Positions 54,426 through 63,237 of a DNA stretch of 64,000 bases are shown piece by piece. The notes beneath the pieces are model-generated. The model was given only the letters and a program-made list of their open reading frames with translations. It made no database searches and was not told where the DNA came from. The stretch is taken from assembly GCA_964429275.1 (NCBI GenBank), contig CAYSBJ010000002.1, forward strand, positions 176,245-240,244. Direction: 5' to 3'. The stretch comes from an uncultured Pseudomonadota bacterium. GTDB taxonomy: Bacteria; Babelota; Babeliae; Babelales; JAUPTZ01. The translations under genes and the position numbers were made by a program. Position 1 is the stretch's first letter. The number at the start of each line of letters is the position of its first letter.

Positions 54426-54457
54426 GCAATAGGGAGAGGCATGCCTCTCCCTATTGC
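54426..54457. terminator. Perfect 16-bp palindromic hairpin between convergent genes.
   Basis: GCAATAGGGAGAGGCA/TGCCTCTCCCTATTGC. The T-run is on the minus-strand side, reading TTTTCGGGATTTTTTT. Confidence 0.6.
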
Positions 54458-54476
54458 TGCTTAGAAGGCCTTGTGG

Positions 54477-55712
54477 TTACCAGCCTAGCATATCGAATAA
54501 AGCTTTTGGATCCACAGTAATTCCGTTGCGAATCTCATCATAGCGATTAGCTTTTTTTATCTCGGCGCCAAGAGTGAGTTGTTGGGTTTGTGCAAAATAA
54601 CTCAGATTCATCTGTATCTGCCCACTGGTGATGCTTTGCGCCATGATAGAAAGCTGCTCAGGTGTAATTGCTTTTAATTGAGCGCTGCTTAGTCTGGCTT
54701 TTTCCAAGAATGCACCGGACAGTTCTTTGCAGCGTGCGAAAAGTGGTATTTGTGCTGGGGTTGGCCAGTCTCTGTTTATTTGATGGCTTAAACTTGTAAT
54801 TTGAGCCGGACTAAGTGCTTTAATTTGAGTATCAGTGAGCCATGATGGCTGTGGGCGCCCATCATCAGCAGCCATCGTGCGATTATAGGGTGCAGAGTTT
54901 TGACTAGGGTCGAATGCTGCAGTAGGCAGCTGAGCGATTAATTCTCCTGGCAGTCCTTGGAATTTTGTCTTATTAAAATAAGAAATAATGAGCGCCAATT
55001 GTGCAATTTCCGCTGGCGTATATTGTTTTGTGCCTAGCAAGTCTGATGAATTTATTACTGTGGCTGCTAGCGGAGCAGGTAGTTGTCTTATGGCTGCTTG
55101 ATTAGCGGTGGCTAGTTGTGCTATCGAAAGAGATTCTACAAGCGATTTGCCAGTGGCATTAAGTTTCGTTGCTAGCTGTGTTGCGTTTAATGCCGGAATA
55201 AAACCAGCTTTTTCGAGTTCGGCAACGGTAAAGATGGATACGGGGATATTTTGTATATCACTCCATAATAGGTTTTTAACAACTAGAAGCCAATTTGAAT
55301 TGTTGATCATGTTTTTCAGCTCAACCAAGTTTATGCAGGAAAGTTGATCTACAGAAAGAAGGCTCAAAAAGGCTTTTTCGGGTGATTTCGGTGTGCCGAC
55401 TGGGACGGCCGGGCCGGGTATAAGATTAGCAAGTTGTGCGGCGCTAAAGAACGGCATCTGGATTTTTGTAAGTTGCCTGATTTGCTCGAAAGTTATAGAT
55501 TTTAGTTGATTTAAGTTAAGATTTTTAATTTGCTTTTCTGTTAAATACGGGATTGCCGAAAAGTGTATTTTGCTAAAATCGATGTCTTTCGGTGCTAGTT
55601 TTGCGATGTCGACTTTATTATTAATCAAACTTACGCCTGATACTGCCTGTGAACCATGCACCCACATTCCGCATGCGGCCAATGCAATGGGAAAAAAAAT
55701 TAATTTAAACAT
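54477..55712 (-). CDS. Secreted helical-repeat protein.
   Basis: Signal peptide MFKLIFFPIALAACGMWVHG. At least 12 copies of an (S/T)xxQ(L/I)xx(L/I) motif. Confidence 0.6.
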   Translation of the reverse strand: MFKLIFFPIALAACGMWVHGSQAVSGVSLINNKVDIAKLAPKDIDFSKIHFSAIPYLTEKQIKNLNLNQLKSITFEQIRQLTKIQMPFFSAAQLANLIPGPAVPVGTPKSPEKAFLSLLSVDQLSCINLVELKNMINNSNWLLVVKNLLWSDIQNIPVSIFTVAELEKAGFIPALNATQLATKLNATGKSLVESLSIAQLATANQAAIRQLPAPLAATVINSSDLLGTKQYTPAEIAQLALIISYFNKTKFQGLPGELIAQLPTAAFDPSQNSAPYNRTMAADDGRPQPSWLTDTQIKALSPAQITSLSHQINRDWPTPAQIPLFARCKELSGAFLEKARLSSAQLKAITPEQLSIMAQSITSGQIQMNLSYFAQTQQLTLGAEIKKANRYDEIRNGITVDPKALFDMLGW

Positions 55713-55756
55713 GCTATCTCCTTATGCTGGTAAAATGAATTGCTTTAGAGTTTATC

Positions 55757-58255
55757 CTAAGCAATCGCACCCTGAGAGGGCAACAGCTTTGATGTTTCCA
55801 TGTCTTTTACATCTATTGCTGCGCTTTTTTCTTCTCGATAGATTTTACTTTCTATAATTGGTTCAACTGAAGCCTTGATCGACTTTTCTTGCGCATCATC
55901 AGGCAATGTGTCGTTTTTCTCATCTGCAATAAGTATTTTTGGTGGCCACATATCCATTAATTCTGACCATACCATATGCTGAAGCTCTATTTGTTGGAAC
56001 CTGTGCTTGTCGCATGGAATGAGCATTTCCTGCAGTATTCGTTTTTGTGCATGATCTGCTCTGGTAGTAGAAATCAAGTGCTGAAGTTTTAGTGAGAAAG
56101 CTTGCATTATATGAGGTTCCTCAAGCCTGAGATCGTCATCGGCGTCTATACCAAGATCGCTGTGCACCGCCTCTGTTGTTTCTTGCAGAAGGAGTGTCAT
56201 TTCGTGGAAAAGGGCATACTGCTTTTCTACCAACGGGCGTATCTGTTCATTGAGCGCAATCTTTTGTGCGCGGATATCGGCAATTTGCTCTTTGCGCGCT
56301 TTTGTTGCTTCAGATTCATCATCATCTAGTGCTGCGTATGCAATAGCGACAGGCTCATGATAGAGTTGGCGGGAAAGCGCATCCAATTGCATTACTTGTT
56401 CAAGTGAGGACGGGCCATCGTTTTTAATTTCTTCAGCAAAAAGTTTTAGTTTTTTCAATATGCGCTCCCCATGCTTGAGGAGGTTGTTCATGATGAGGCC
56501 AAATAGCTTCTTGTGTGTTGCGCGTTCTGTCCGTATTGTATCAAGCCATCTCATGAGTACGCGATATGATCGTTGGCGTTGTGCTTGTGCATTTTCAGCA
56601 ATTTTACGAGATTTGTGTTTTGAAATGCCTTGCTTTGCTGACAACTCTTTTTCTTCAAAGAGTTTGGCAAAAGGGGGAGATGCGTAAGTCGTTGCATGTA
56701 CCAACATTGGAACGTAAGCAGGAAGGGCGGCCTGCAAATCACTAAAATACTGTTGTTGCCTATCGCTTAACTCATCCTTAACTTCAGGGTAGAGCTCCGT
56801 AAGGCGTGACAGGCGCTCTATATCGGCAGTAAAGGGTGAACTTTCAAGGATCGCTTTTATCTCTTTTGTTTTATCCCTAAATGTCTTTGCAGATTCATAG
56901 CGAGCATGCCATTTTTTCATGTTTACAGGAAGTCGCTTTAGGAAATCAATTACTTGCTCTTTAGGTGTCGCATCAAGAGTGGTTGTCGGCTCTTGGTAGT
57001 AGCTGCCCGGTACCCGCGGCTGCGCATACTCGCTGTTGTCATAGCTATCATTAAAGTTAAATGGTGAATAGCTACTACCTTGTGGACTTGCATATACAGT
57101 TTGCGGCGAGCTGCTTTTTGCACTTCCTTGATAGCTATTGCTTCCGCCGCCGTAGTTGCTGGAGCTGCCGTAAGTGTCATAGCCACCATAACTGCTTCCA
57201 TAACGACTGCTATATCCTCCGCCATAGCCGCCATCATCCCAGCTATACCCGCCAGAACTCCCATAATTGCCGTAACCGCCATCATAACCGCCATAACCGC
57301 CACTGCGTCCATAGCCGCTATCAAAATAGTCACCTGCGCCCGAGCCCCATCCGCCGGCAGCACTTGCACGCGAGCCAGCGATTTTTGGTGCGTATTTTTT
57401 TTTCTTTGCTGCGAGACGAGTTTGAACGCTTTTGTGATCAAATACCTTTTTGAGATCAACAATGAGTGGTTCTAGCGTTTTTGTTATGACCCCTTTTATT
57501 TTATCTGCAAGTTGCTGTTTTTGCTTTGCAGCAACTGCATCTGTTGTCTCAAGCGAATCATCTGAGGATTGCGCTGTAATGACTGCATATTCAGCATTGA
57601 GAGGATCAATTGCAGTCGTGACCTCTATAAGCTGTTCGCGGAGCTTTGAAAAATCTTTTTGTAAAAACGCTATATGGTAAAGAGAGGAAGTGCGTAGCTT
57701 GTTTATAAGGTCTAAAACTTCAGTTGCAATCGCACTTGATGCGGCAAGTTCATTTTTTAGTCGAATGCCAAGTGTGAAACTAGTTAGATTGGCAATCAAT
57801 TTTTCCAGATTGACCGATATTGGAGTGAGATGCGCGGTTAAGGCTTCTTTATATTGCGATGTGAGCTTTTTTGTTTCTGTCTTTACTCCGTTTTTAAAAG
57901 CTTCTTCTAAAGATGCGGCTACTTCTGGTATGGCGTCCTTTGACCCTTTTTTATTGTTTCCTTCTTCGTCATTGTTATTAAACGAGGAGCCAAAATCGTC
58001 GTCATTGAATCCATCTTCATTTCCGTCCCCAAAGAGGGAGCCAAACGAGTCATTTTCGCCATCAAATCCCATATCGCCAAAATCCATATCGCCAAAATCC
58101 ATGCCGCCAAAATCCATATCACCAAACCCGCCGCCACCGCCAAAGAAATCATCCATGCCCCCGCCACCAAAATCAGCGAATGGGTCATTGGCCAAAAGTG
58201 GTCCTGAGGAGAAGGCGAAGGTGGTCAGGCAGATCAATAGAATGTTTTTTTTCAT
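55757..58255 (-). CDS. Secreted 832-aa protein with D/F/G-rich and G/S/Y-rich low-complexity domains.
   Basis: Signal peptide MKKNILLICLTTFAFSSGPLLA. Residues about 23-100 are D/F/G-rich and about 296-420 are G/S/Y-rich. The remainder looks helical. Confidence 0.65.
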   Translation of the reverse strand: MKKNILLICLTTFAFSSGPLLANDPFADFGGGGMDDFFGGGGGFGDMDFGGMDFGDMDFGDMGFDGENDSFGSLFGDGNEDGFNDDDFGSSFNNNDEEGNNKKGSKDAIPEVAASLEEAFKNGVKTETKKLTSQYKEALTAHLTPISVNLEKLIANLTSFTLGIRLKNELAASSAIATEVLDLINKLRTSSLYHIAFLQKDFSKLREQLIEVTTAIDPLNAEYAVITAQSSDDSLETTDAVAAKQKQQLADKIKGVITKTLEPLIVDLKKVFDHKSVQTRLAAKKKKYAPKIAGSRASAAGGWGSGAGDYFDSGYGRSGGYGGYDGGYGNYGSSGGYSWDDGGYGGGYSSRYGSSYGGYDTYGSSSNYGGGSNSYQGSAKSSSPQTVYASPQGSSYSPFNFNDSYDNSEYAQPRVPGSYYQEPTTTLDATPKEQVIDFLKRLPVNMKKWHARYESAKTFRDKTKEIKAILESSPFTADIERLSRLTELYPEVKDELSDRQQQYFSDLQAALPAYVPMLVHATTYASPPFAKLFEEKELSAKQGISKHKSRKIAENAQAQRQRSYRVLMRWLDTIRTERATHKKLFGLIMNNLLKHGERILKKLKLFAEEIKNDGPSSLEQVMQLDALSRQLYHEPVAIAYAALDDDESEATKARKEQIADIRAQKIALNEQIRPLVEKQYALFHEMTLLLQETTEAVHSDLGIDADDDLRLEEPHIMQAFSLKLQHLISTTRADHAQKRILQEMLIPCDKHRFQQIELQHMVWSELMDMWPPKILIADEKNDTLPDDAQEKSIKASVEPIIESKIYREEKSAAIDVKDMETSKLLPSQGAIA
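58064..58138. repeat. 15-bp in-frame tandem repeat, about 5 units.
   Basis: Units are AAATCCCATATCGCC, AAAATCCATATCGCC, AAAATCCATGCCGCC, AAAATCCATATCACC and AAACCCGCCGCCACC. They encode (G/D)MDFG pentapeptides on the minus strand. Confidence 0.7.
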
Positions 58256-58272
58256 TGTAACGGCTCTCCGCT

Positions 58273-58659
58273 CTACGAGCTGATAATTAAGCTAAGTAAC
58301 TCATTTTGCGCATCTATGCCAAACTTCTTTAATACCTCTTGTGATCCAGGAAAGTCACTTGCTGTTCCAGTAATAAGACCTGATGCGGGGCTTTTTGCTT
58401 GTTTTAGGCATTGCAGCTCGTTATTAAAAAAACCAACGGGATCATTGGCTTTTTTAGCCTTTATTTCGTGAAGAGCACTCGTAAAGTCACTTGCGGTTGC
58501 GTTCGTTGTTCCATTAATCATGCTGAGCAGTTTGGCAGTTTCCGGCCATTGTGAGGTGGTGGTAACCCCAGGCGATTTTATCTCGTAACCTGTGGCAAAA
58601 AGAATTCCTCCAGCAAGTGCTATCACGCCGAAAAGATACAGTTGTTTTATTGGTTTCAT
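58273..58659 (-). CDS. Small membrane-anchored or secreted hypothetical protein.
   Basis: N-terminal hydrophobic segment LYLFGVIALAGGILFA. Internal repeat T(A/G)TASDF. Lies 17 nt upstream of the 832-aa gene. Confidence 0.5.
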   Translation of the reverse strand: MKPIKQLYLFGVIALAGGILFATGYEIKSPGVTTTSQWPETAKLLSMINGTTNATASDFTSALHEIKAKKANDPVGFFNNELQCLKQAKSPASGLITGTASDFPGSQEVLKKFGIDAQNELLSLIISS

Positions 58660-58889
58660 GGCAGCCTCTTTATGGTTGTAAAAAGTTATAGCATTACTCC
58701 AGCTTAGCGAATGCTGATGCTTTTTTTCAATTGTATGGCTAAAAATGCTTTATTAGTAACGATTTTTTGTGAGTCAAGGTAGGCTGTTTTATCTTGGGTC
58801 AGCGCAAAATTTTTGCTTGCACTTACTGCGATTTTTATAGTAGCGTCCGCGTGTAAGTCGGGGCCACACGCTGTCAAGAAAGAGGAATA

Positions 58890-59180
58890 ATGATGCGACA
58901 AAAATCAGGTTTTTTCGCTATGTATGCTGTCGTAGGAAGCGTGCTTTCTTTTGTTATTGTAGCATTGTGTTTGCGGCTCATAAGTCGCCTTTCATTTGTG
59001 CAATCAAGGCTCTCTGCCGGACTGGTTGCGCATTGTAGTCGAGAAACAATGAATTTTGGTTGTGTTCCTGCACAGCTAATTGTATTTCAGTGCGGATCAG
59101 GCCAGGTTTCGCTTATGGCGCCTGCCTTTAAGTACCGCACTAATACCCAGGAAGGACGCACGATTTATGCGCCTGCATAA
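58890..59180 (+). CDS. Small membrane protein, possibly a degenerate pseudopilin.
   Basis: KSGFFAMYAVVGSVLSFVIVAL resembles a prepilin leader plus hydrophobic helix but lacks the Glu at position +5. Confidence 0.3.
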   Translation: MMRQKSGFFAMYAVVGSVLSFVIVALCLRLISRLSFVQSRLSAGLVAHCSRETMNFGCVPAQLIVFQCGSGQVSLMAPAFKYRTNTQEGRTIYAPA

Positions 59181-59655
59181 GGGGTTTTTGCTGTTAGAAG
59201 CCGCGCTTTATGGCGCTCTAGTAATGATGGCTCTAGGTTTTTTTATTACCGCTTTACATACTTATATCTCATGGCAACGACAGGTAAGCGCTGACCTTAC
59301 AACACTATTATACCATTATAGGGCGCTTGCTGTGATGCAAAAAGATCTGAGCTGCGCCAGTACTGTTGTGGTGCGGGATAATCAAATAACTATCCACACT
59401 GCTAATCTCGACGCCCACTGGGGCGCGACTGCCCAGACCGTGACTTATATGTGTAGAAAAAATGGGTTGTATCGACAAAAAACAATCGCCGATATCGATG
59501 TGAAAGCGCGCAAGAGTGGTTTGCGCCTTGCGCCGAAACCATTATTTTTGCGATGTGTGCCATGCGGCACTGGTTACACAGTTACGTACGGCATTAAAAA
59601 CCATGCACCGCTTACTCTTTATGTAAATTTATTGAGCGCAGAAGGTGTGGCGTGA
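59167..59655 (+). CDS. Prepilin-type N-terminal cleavage/methylation domain protein (minor pilin or pseudopilin).
   Basis: MRLHKG-FLLLEAALYGALVMMALGFF has Gly at -1, Phe at +1, Glu at +5 and a hydrophobic helix. The start overlaps the previous ORF by 14 nt. Confidence 0.5.
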   Translation: MRLHKGFLLLEAALYGALVMMALGFFITALHTYISWQRQVSADLTTLLYHYRALAVMQKDLSCASTVVVRDNQITIHTANLDAHWGATAQTVTYMCRKNGLYRQKTIADIDVKARKSGLRLAPKPLFLRCVPCGTGYTVTYGIKNHAPLTLYVNLLSAEGVA

Positions 59656-60062
59656 AGAAAGGATTTATTCTTAATTCGCTTCTTTTAGCAACCTGCTTAT
59701 TAGCGACTTTAATTTTTATAACTATGCGTACCGCTGGGATGGGTATCGCCGCAATGCGGGCGCAACAAGAACAAGACGCCGCATTTTTAAAAATATGTAT
59801 CGCCGTTCGGTATCAGCAATGGCTGATAAGGCATGGTTACGACTTTTTATTGGATCAGTCACAGAAGCAAAAAACAGTTTTGGAGGCGAAAACACCATTT
59901 GATGCGGTATTTCGCTGTGGTGTTGCAGTTGCTTGGCGCGGAGCGATAGCGCGAGACGGGTTGTTGTGTGAAACGGTAGTTTGTAAAAAACGTTGTCGGT
60001 GGTTGGCGCAGCGAAAGGGAAGGGAATATGTTTTTAGTGGGCATACTTTTACTACTGTGTAG
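59652..60062 (+). CDS. Minor-pilin-like small protein.
   Basis: VKKG-FILNSLLLATCLLATLIFIT, with no Glu at +5, as in GspK/PilX-type minor pilins. GTGA overlap with the upstream gene. Confidence 0.3.
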   Translation: MKKGFILNSLLLATCLLATLIFITMRTAGMGIAAMRAQQEQDAAFLKICIAVRYQQWLIRHGYDFLLDQSQKQKTVLEAKTPFDAVFRCGVAVAWRGAIARDGLLCETVVCKKRCRWLAQRKGREYVFSGHTFTTV

Positions 60063-61173
60063 CGCCTGGTGGCCCCTGCAGATTGGTTTTTTAAGTATTG
60101 CTGGTGTTGCTTGGTGTTTTTGGTTTTATCCTCGCTCTTGGCAGGAGGGGGTCGCTGGATGTGTGATATTGTGGGTCGGACATTTATATTGGATTGTGAC
60201 GTTTATTAATAAGGAGCTTTCTGCTTCAATAAATGGCAGCTACAGCCTTGGCGTGGGATTGCTGATGTATTTTATGCTTACAACTTGCTTTTTTTGGGCG
60301 GTTTTATGGCGATTGGCAGTTGTTTATTTGTTGCATCCTTGTGCGCGAGGTGTGATGATAAGCAGCCTCTACATGTGGTGGGCTTGCGCGGGAAGTTTGC
60401 CGTTTTTAGATTGTACGCCAGGATATGTTTTTATGAATCCAGCGCTGCCAATGCTTGTATGGGGTCGAAGTTGTATCTCGCGTGAAGTTCTACCAACACA
60501 GTGGCAACGCTGCTGGGTTGGTAGCGAAGTCTTTTGGCTCTATTATATGCCACCAGAAACAACTGTGACACGCATAGCTTTGGCACAAAAAATATATAAA
60601 AAGTTGTTCGCGGTGCCTTCAGCGCCAGGTGAGGGAGCGGCTGTCGTTGTAAGCCCCGAATCAACTTTTTCATATCCGGTCTACGAAGAATTGGAAGAGT
60701 TTAGGTTGTGGCAGTCGGCGCTTCCAGCCGATGTTGTATGGATTTTTGGTGGGGTGCAACCGCGTGGTTCCATGCTGGTTCAAACGCTGTTTTATTTAAG
60801 CAGAAGTCCGATAACGGAGCGCTATGAAAAAACAAATCTGATTGATTTATTTGAAGCCCCACCACAAGGATTTCTGCAAAAATCTGTCGCCACCGCTTTT
60901 TCGATTGCTTTTGGTAGCTTTATTTCTGGCAAGAAGGGAGAAATAAATAGAGTCCCGAACTTGCAGCCTGCGCTCTGTAGTGATTTGTTTTGTTTAAATT
61001 CTGACCAAAGGAGGGCGGTTCTCCTGGCGGCCAATGAGGAATGGCTGCCTGATTTTGTGAAACTTTTGTGGCAGGGCTATGGCCTGTATTGGAGCCTCAC
61101 GCGGGGGAGGGGGCTCATATGGGTGGGGCACCGAGAGTGCAGGGTGACAAAGCCCTTTAGGCTTCTGGGGTAA
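60028..61173 (+). CDS. lnt: Apolipoprotein N-acyltransferase (short form).
   Basis: Multi-TM N-terminus followed by blocks resembling the CN-hydrolase catalytic triad: VVVSPESTF (Glu), RYEKTNLIDLFE (Lys), LQPALCSDLF (Cys). Confidence 0.6.
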   Translation: MFLVGILLLLCSAWWPLQIGFLSIAGVAWCFWFYPRSWQEGVAGCVILWVGHLYWIVTFINKELSASINGSYSLGVGLLMYFMLTTCFFWAVLWRLAVVYLLHPCARGVMISSLYMWWACAGSLPFLDCTPGYVFMNPALPMLVWGRSCISREVLPTQWQRCWVGSEVFWLYYMPPETTVTRIALAQKIYKKLFAVPSAPGEGAAVVVSPESTFSYPVYEELEEFRLWQSALPADVVWIFGGVQPRGSMLVQTLFYLSRSPITERYEKTNLIDLFEAPPQGFLQKSVATAFSIAFGSFISGKKGEINRVPNLQPALCSDLFCLNSDQRRAVLLAANEEWLPDFVKLLWQGYGLYWSLTRGRGLIWVGHRECRVTKPFRLLG

Positions 61174-61364
61174 GTCAATGAGATGTGAAGGCCTCGTACA
61201 AGATTCGCCTACACTCCTGTCCGCACCTAAGAAGGCAGGCCAGCCAGAAAGAATGGACACCCAAACGAAGGTAGTTCGTCCGTGGTTCATTTCTTCTCCT
61301 GGTAAAGGGCCCTATTTTTTGGTACCATGCGCACCACTCGTATTCCTTTATTGTGGAGTTTCTA

Positions 61365-61817
61365 ATGAAAGTATTTCTTCTCAAAGACGTTGAAAGCGTC
61401 GGCATGGCTGGTCAAATCGTAAACGTAACTGACGGTTACGCAGCAAACTTTTTATTTCCCCGCAAGCTCGCCCAAAAAGTAGATGAAGGTAGCGAGACTT
61501 TCTTTAAACAAAAAATTAAAAAAGCTGAAATCGATGCCCAAGTTCTTTCAAGCAAAACATCTATGCTTGCTGAACGCATCAAAACAACCCACATCACTAT
61601 CAAAAAGCGCGTACATGACGACGGCAAGCTTTACGGCTCTGTTGCTGCAGAAGAAGTAGTAAATGGACTTAAAGACAAAAATATCGTTGTCACTAAGAAA
61701 CAAGTTGTGTTTAGCAAGACTATTCGTGCAACTGGCGAACACAAAGTAACAATTAAACTTTCTACCAAGTTGATGCCTGAAATGACAGTCAACGTGGTAG
61801 GCGGCGCGGAGAGCTAG
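61365..61817 (+). CDS. rplI: Ribosomal protein L9.
   Basis: MKVFLLKDVESVGMAGQIVNVTDGYAANFLFPRKLA N-terminus. GGAG lies upstream of the ATG at 61365. Confidence 0.9.
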   Translation: MKVFLLKDVESVGMAGQIVNVTDGYAANFLFPRKLAQKVDEGSETFFKQKIKKAEIDAQVLSSKTSMLAERIKTTHITIKKRVHDDGKLYGSVAAEEVVNGLKDKNIVVTKKQVVFSKTIRATGEHKVTIKLSTKLMPEMTVNVVGGAES

Positions 61818-61823
61818 TCACCC

Positions 61824-63197
61824 GTGTCCACGACTTCCGCTCGTAAATTTAGCAACAAAGAACAGAAGCAGCCGGAATTACTGTTCGGTCGGGCCCTTCC
61901 TTCCTCCGTTGAGGCTGAACGGGCCGTTCTTTCTGCTGTTTTGCTAAATAACGAATCATTAACACTTATCGCTGATACTCTTGCCGCGACCGATTTTTAT
62001 CATCGGTCGCACCGGCTTATGTATCAAGTCTTGGTTGATCTTTCTAGTCAAGGTAAGCCGCTTGATCTTATTACCGTGCAAGACGCCTTAGCTGCGCGCC
62101 AGCAACTGGAAGAAGTAGGGGGAATGGCCTTTTTACTAGAATTGCAGGAGGATCTTCCTTCGCTTGGCTTGGTAGAGCAGCATGCGCGCATTATTAAAGA
62201 GAAAGCCGTACTGCGCCAGCTCATTAACAGCTCATCAGCAACAATTAAGGATTGTTATGAGCAGGGCGATGCAACGCTGGACGATATTCTTGATCGAGCA
62301 GAAAAAAGCATCTTTAGTATTGCACATAAAGTAGCTAAGCCAAACTTTGTGCAGCTGAATGTTTTGCTCAAGCAAACCTTCCACCGCCTCGCAAACACAA
62401 AAGTCAGTCAGAATGGGGTAACAGGCATTCCAACCGGGTTTGGCAAGTTTGATTCCATGACATCCGGACTGCAGAAAGGTGACCTTATCATTTTGGCGGC
62501 GCGTCCTTCGATGGGCAAGACAGCGTTGATGTTGAACATGGCAGTAGCAGCATCAAAAGAAGGTTACAAAATCGGCATATTCTCTCTTGAAATGTCGGCC
62601 GAACAATTATTGCTTCGTATGCTTTCAAGCGAATCACATATTGCGCACCAAAAAATTAGAAACGCGAGCATTTCCTCTGATGAGTGGGTGGCGCTAACAA
62701 ATACGGCAGCACGCTTGGCAGAAACCCGAGTATATGTTGATGATACTCCATCATTAACCATTCGCGATTTGCGCAGTAAGGCGCGTAAGCTCAAGGCCCA
62801 GGGAGAGCTGGATTTGATAATTATCGACTATCTTCAGCTCTTATCTGGTGGTGGCCAATTTGAAAACCGTACTCAGGAAATTTCTTCTATTTCTCGTGCG
62901 CTCAAGGCATTAGCTAAGGAGCTTGAGGTTCCGGTTATTGCCGGCTCACAGCTTTCGCGTTCGCTTGAAGGGCGGATGGACAAGCGGCCATTGCTTTCTG
63001 ACCTTCGGGAATCCGGGGCGATTGAGCAAGATGGTGATTTAATTTTCTTTCTCTATCGTGATGTTGTATACAATCCAGATACTGAACACCCAACGCTAAC
63101 CGAGATTATCATTGGCAAGCAGCGTAACGGGCCGATTGGCACCTGTTACGCCACGTTTAGTGGTGAAACCACTCGGTTTGACGACCTTCCTGAATAA
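61824..63197 (+). CDS. dnaB: Replicative DNA helicase DnaB.
   Basis: LPSSVEAERAVLSAVLLNNE N-terminal domain, Walker A ARPSMGKTALMLNMA, and the conserved rplI-dnaB order. Confidence 0.95.
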   Translation: MSTTSARKFSNKEQKQPELLFGRALPSSVEAERAVLSAVLLNNESLTLIADTLAATDFYHRSHRLMYQVLVDLSSQGKPLDLITVQDALAARQQLEEVGGMAFLLELQEDLPSLGLVEQHARIIKEKAVLRQLINSSSATIKDCYEQGDATLDDILDRAEKSIFSIAHKVAKPNFVQLNVLLKQTFHRLANTKVSQNGVTGIPTGFGKFDSMTSGLQKGDLIILAARPSMGKTALMLNMAVAASKEGYKIGIFSLEMSAEQLLLRMLSSESHIAHQKIRNASISSDEWVALTNTAARLAETRVYVDDTPSLTIRDLRSKARKLKAQGELDLIIIDYLQLLSGGGQFENRTQEISSISRALKALAKELEVPVIAGSQLSRSLEGRMDKRPLLSDLRESGAIEQDGDLIFFLYRDVVYNPDTEHPTLTEIIIGKQRNGPIGTCYATFSGETTRFDDLPE

Positions 63198-63237
63198 ATA
63201 GCGCTGTCAGCTTGCTGGCGGCTTAAAGGAGTTGCCC

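Noticed and set aside
57956-58189. Short direct DNA repeats here and at 15028..15145, considered as a possible CRISPR array.
   Set aside because: The units are 15-24 bp, contiguous with no spacers, in frame within coding sequence, and there are no cas genes. They are coding tandem repeats.
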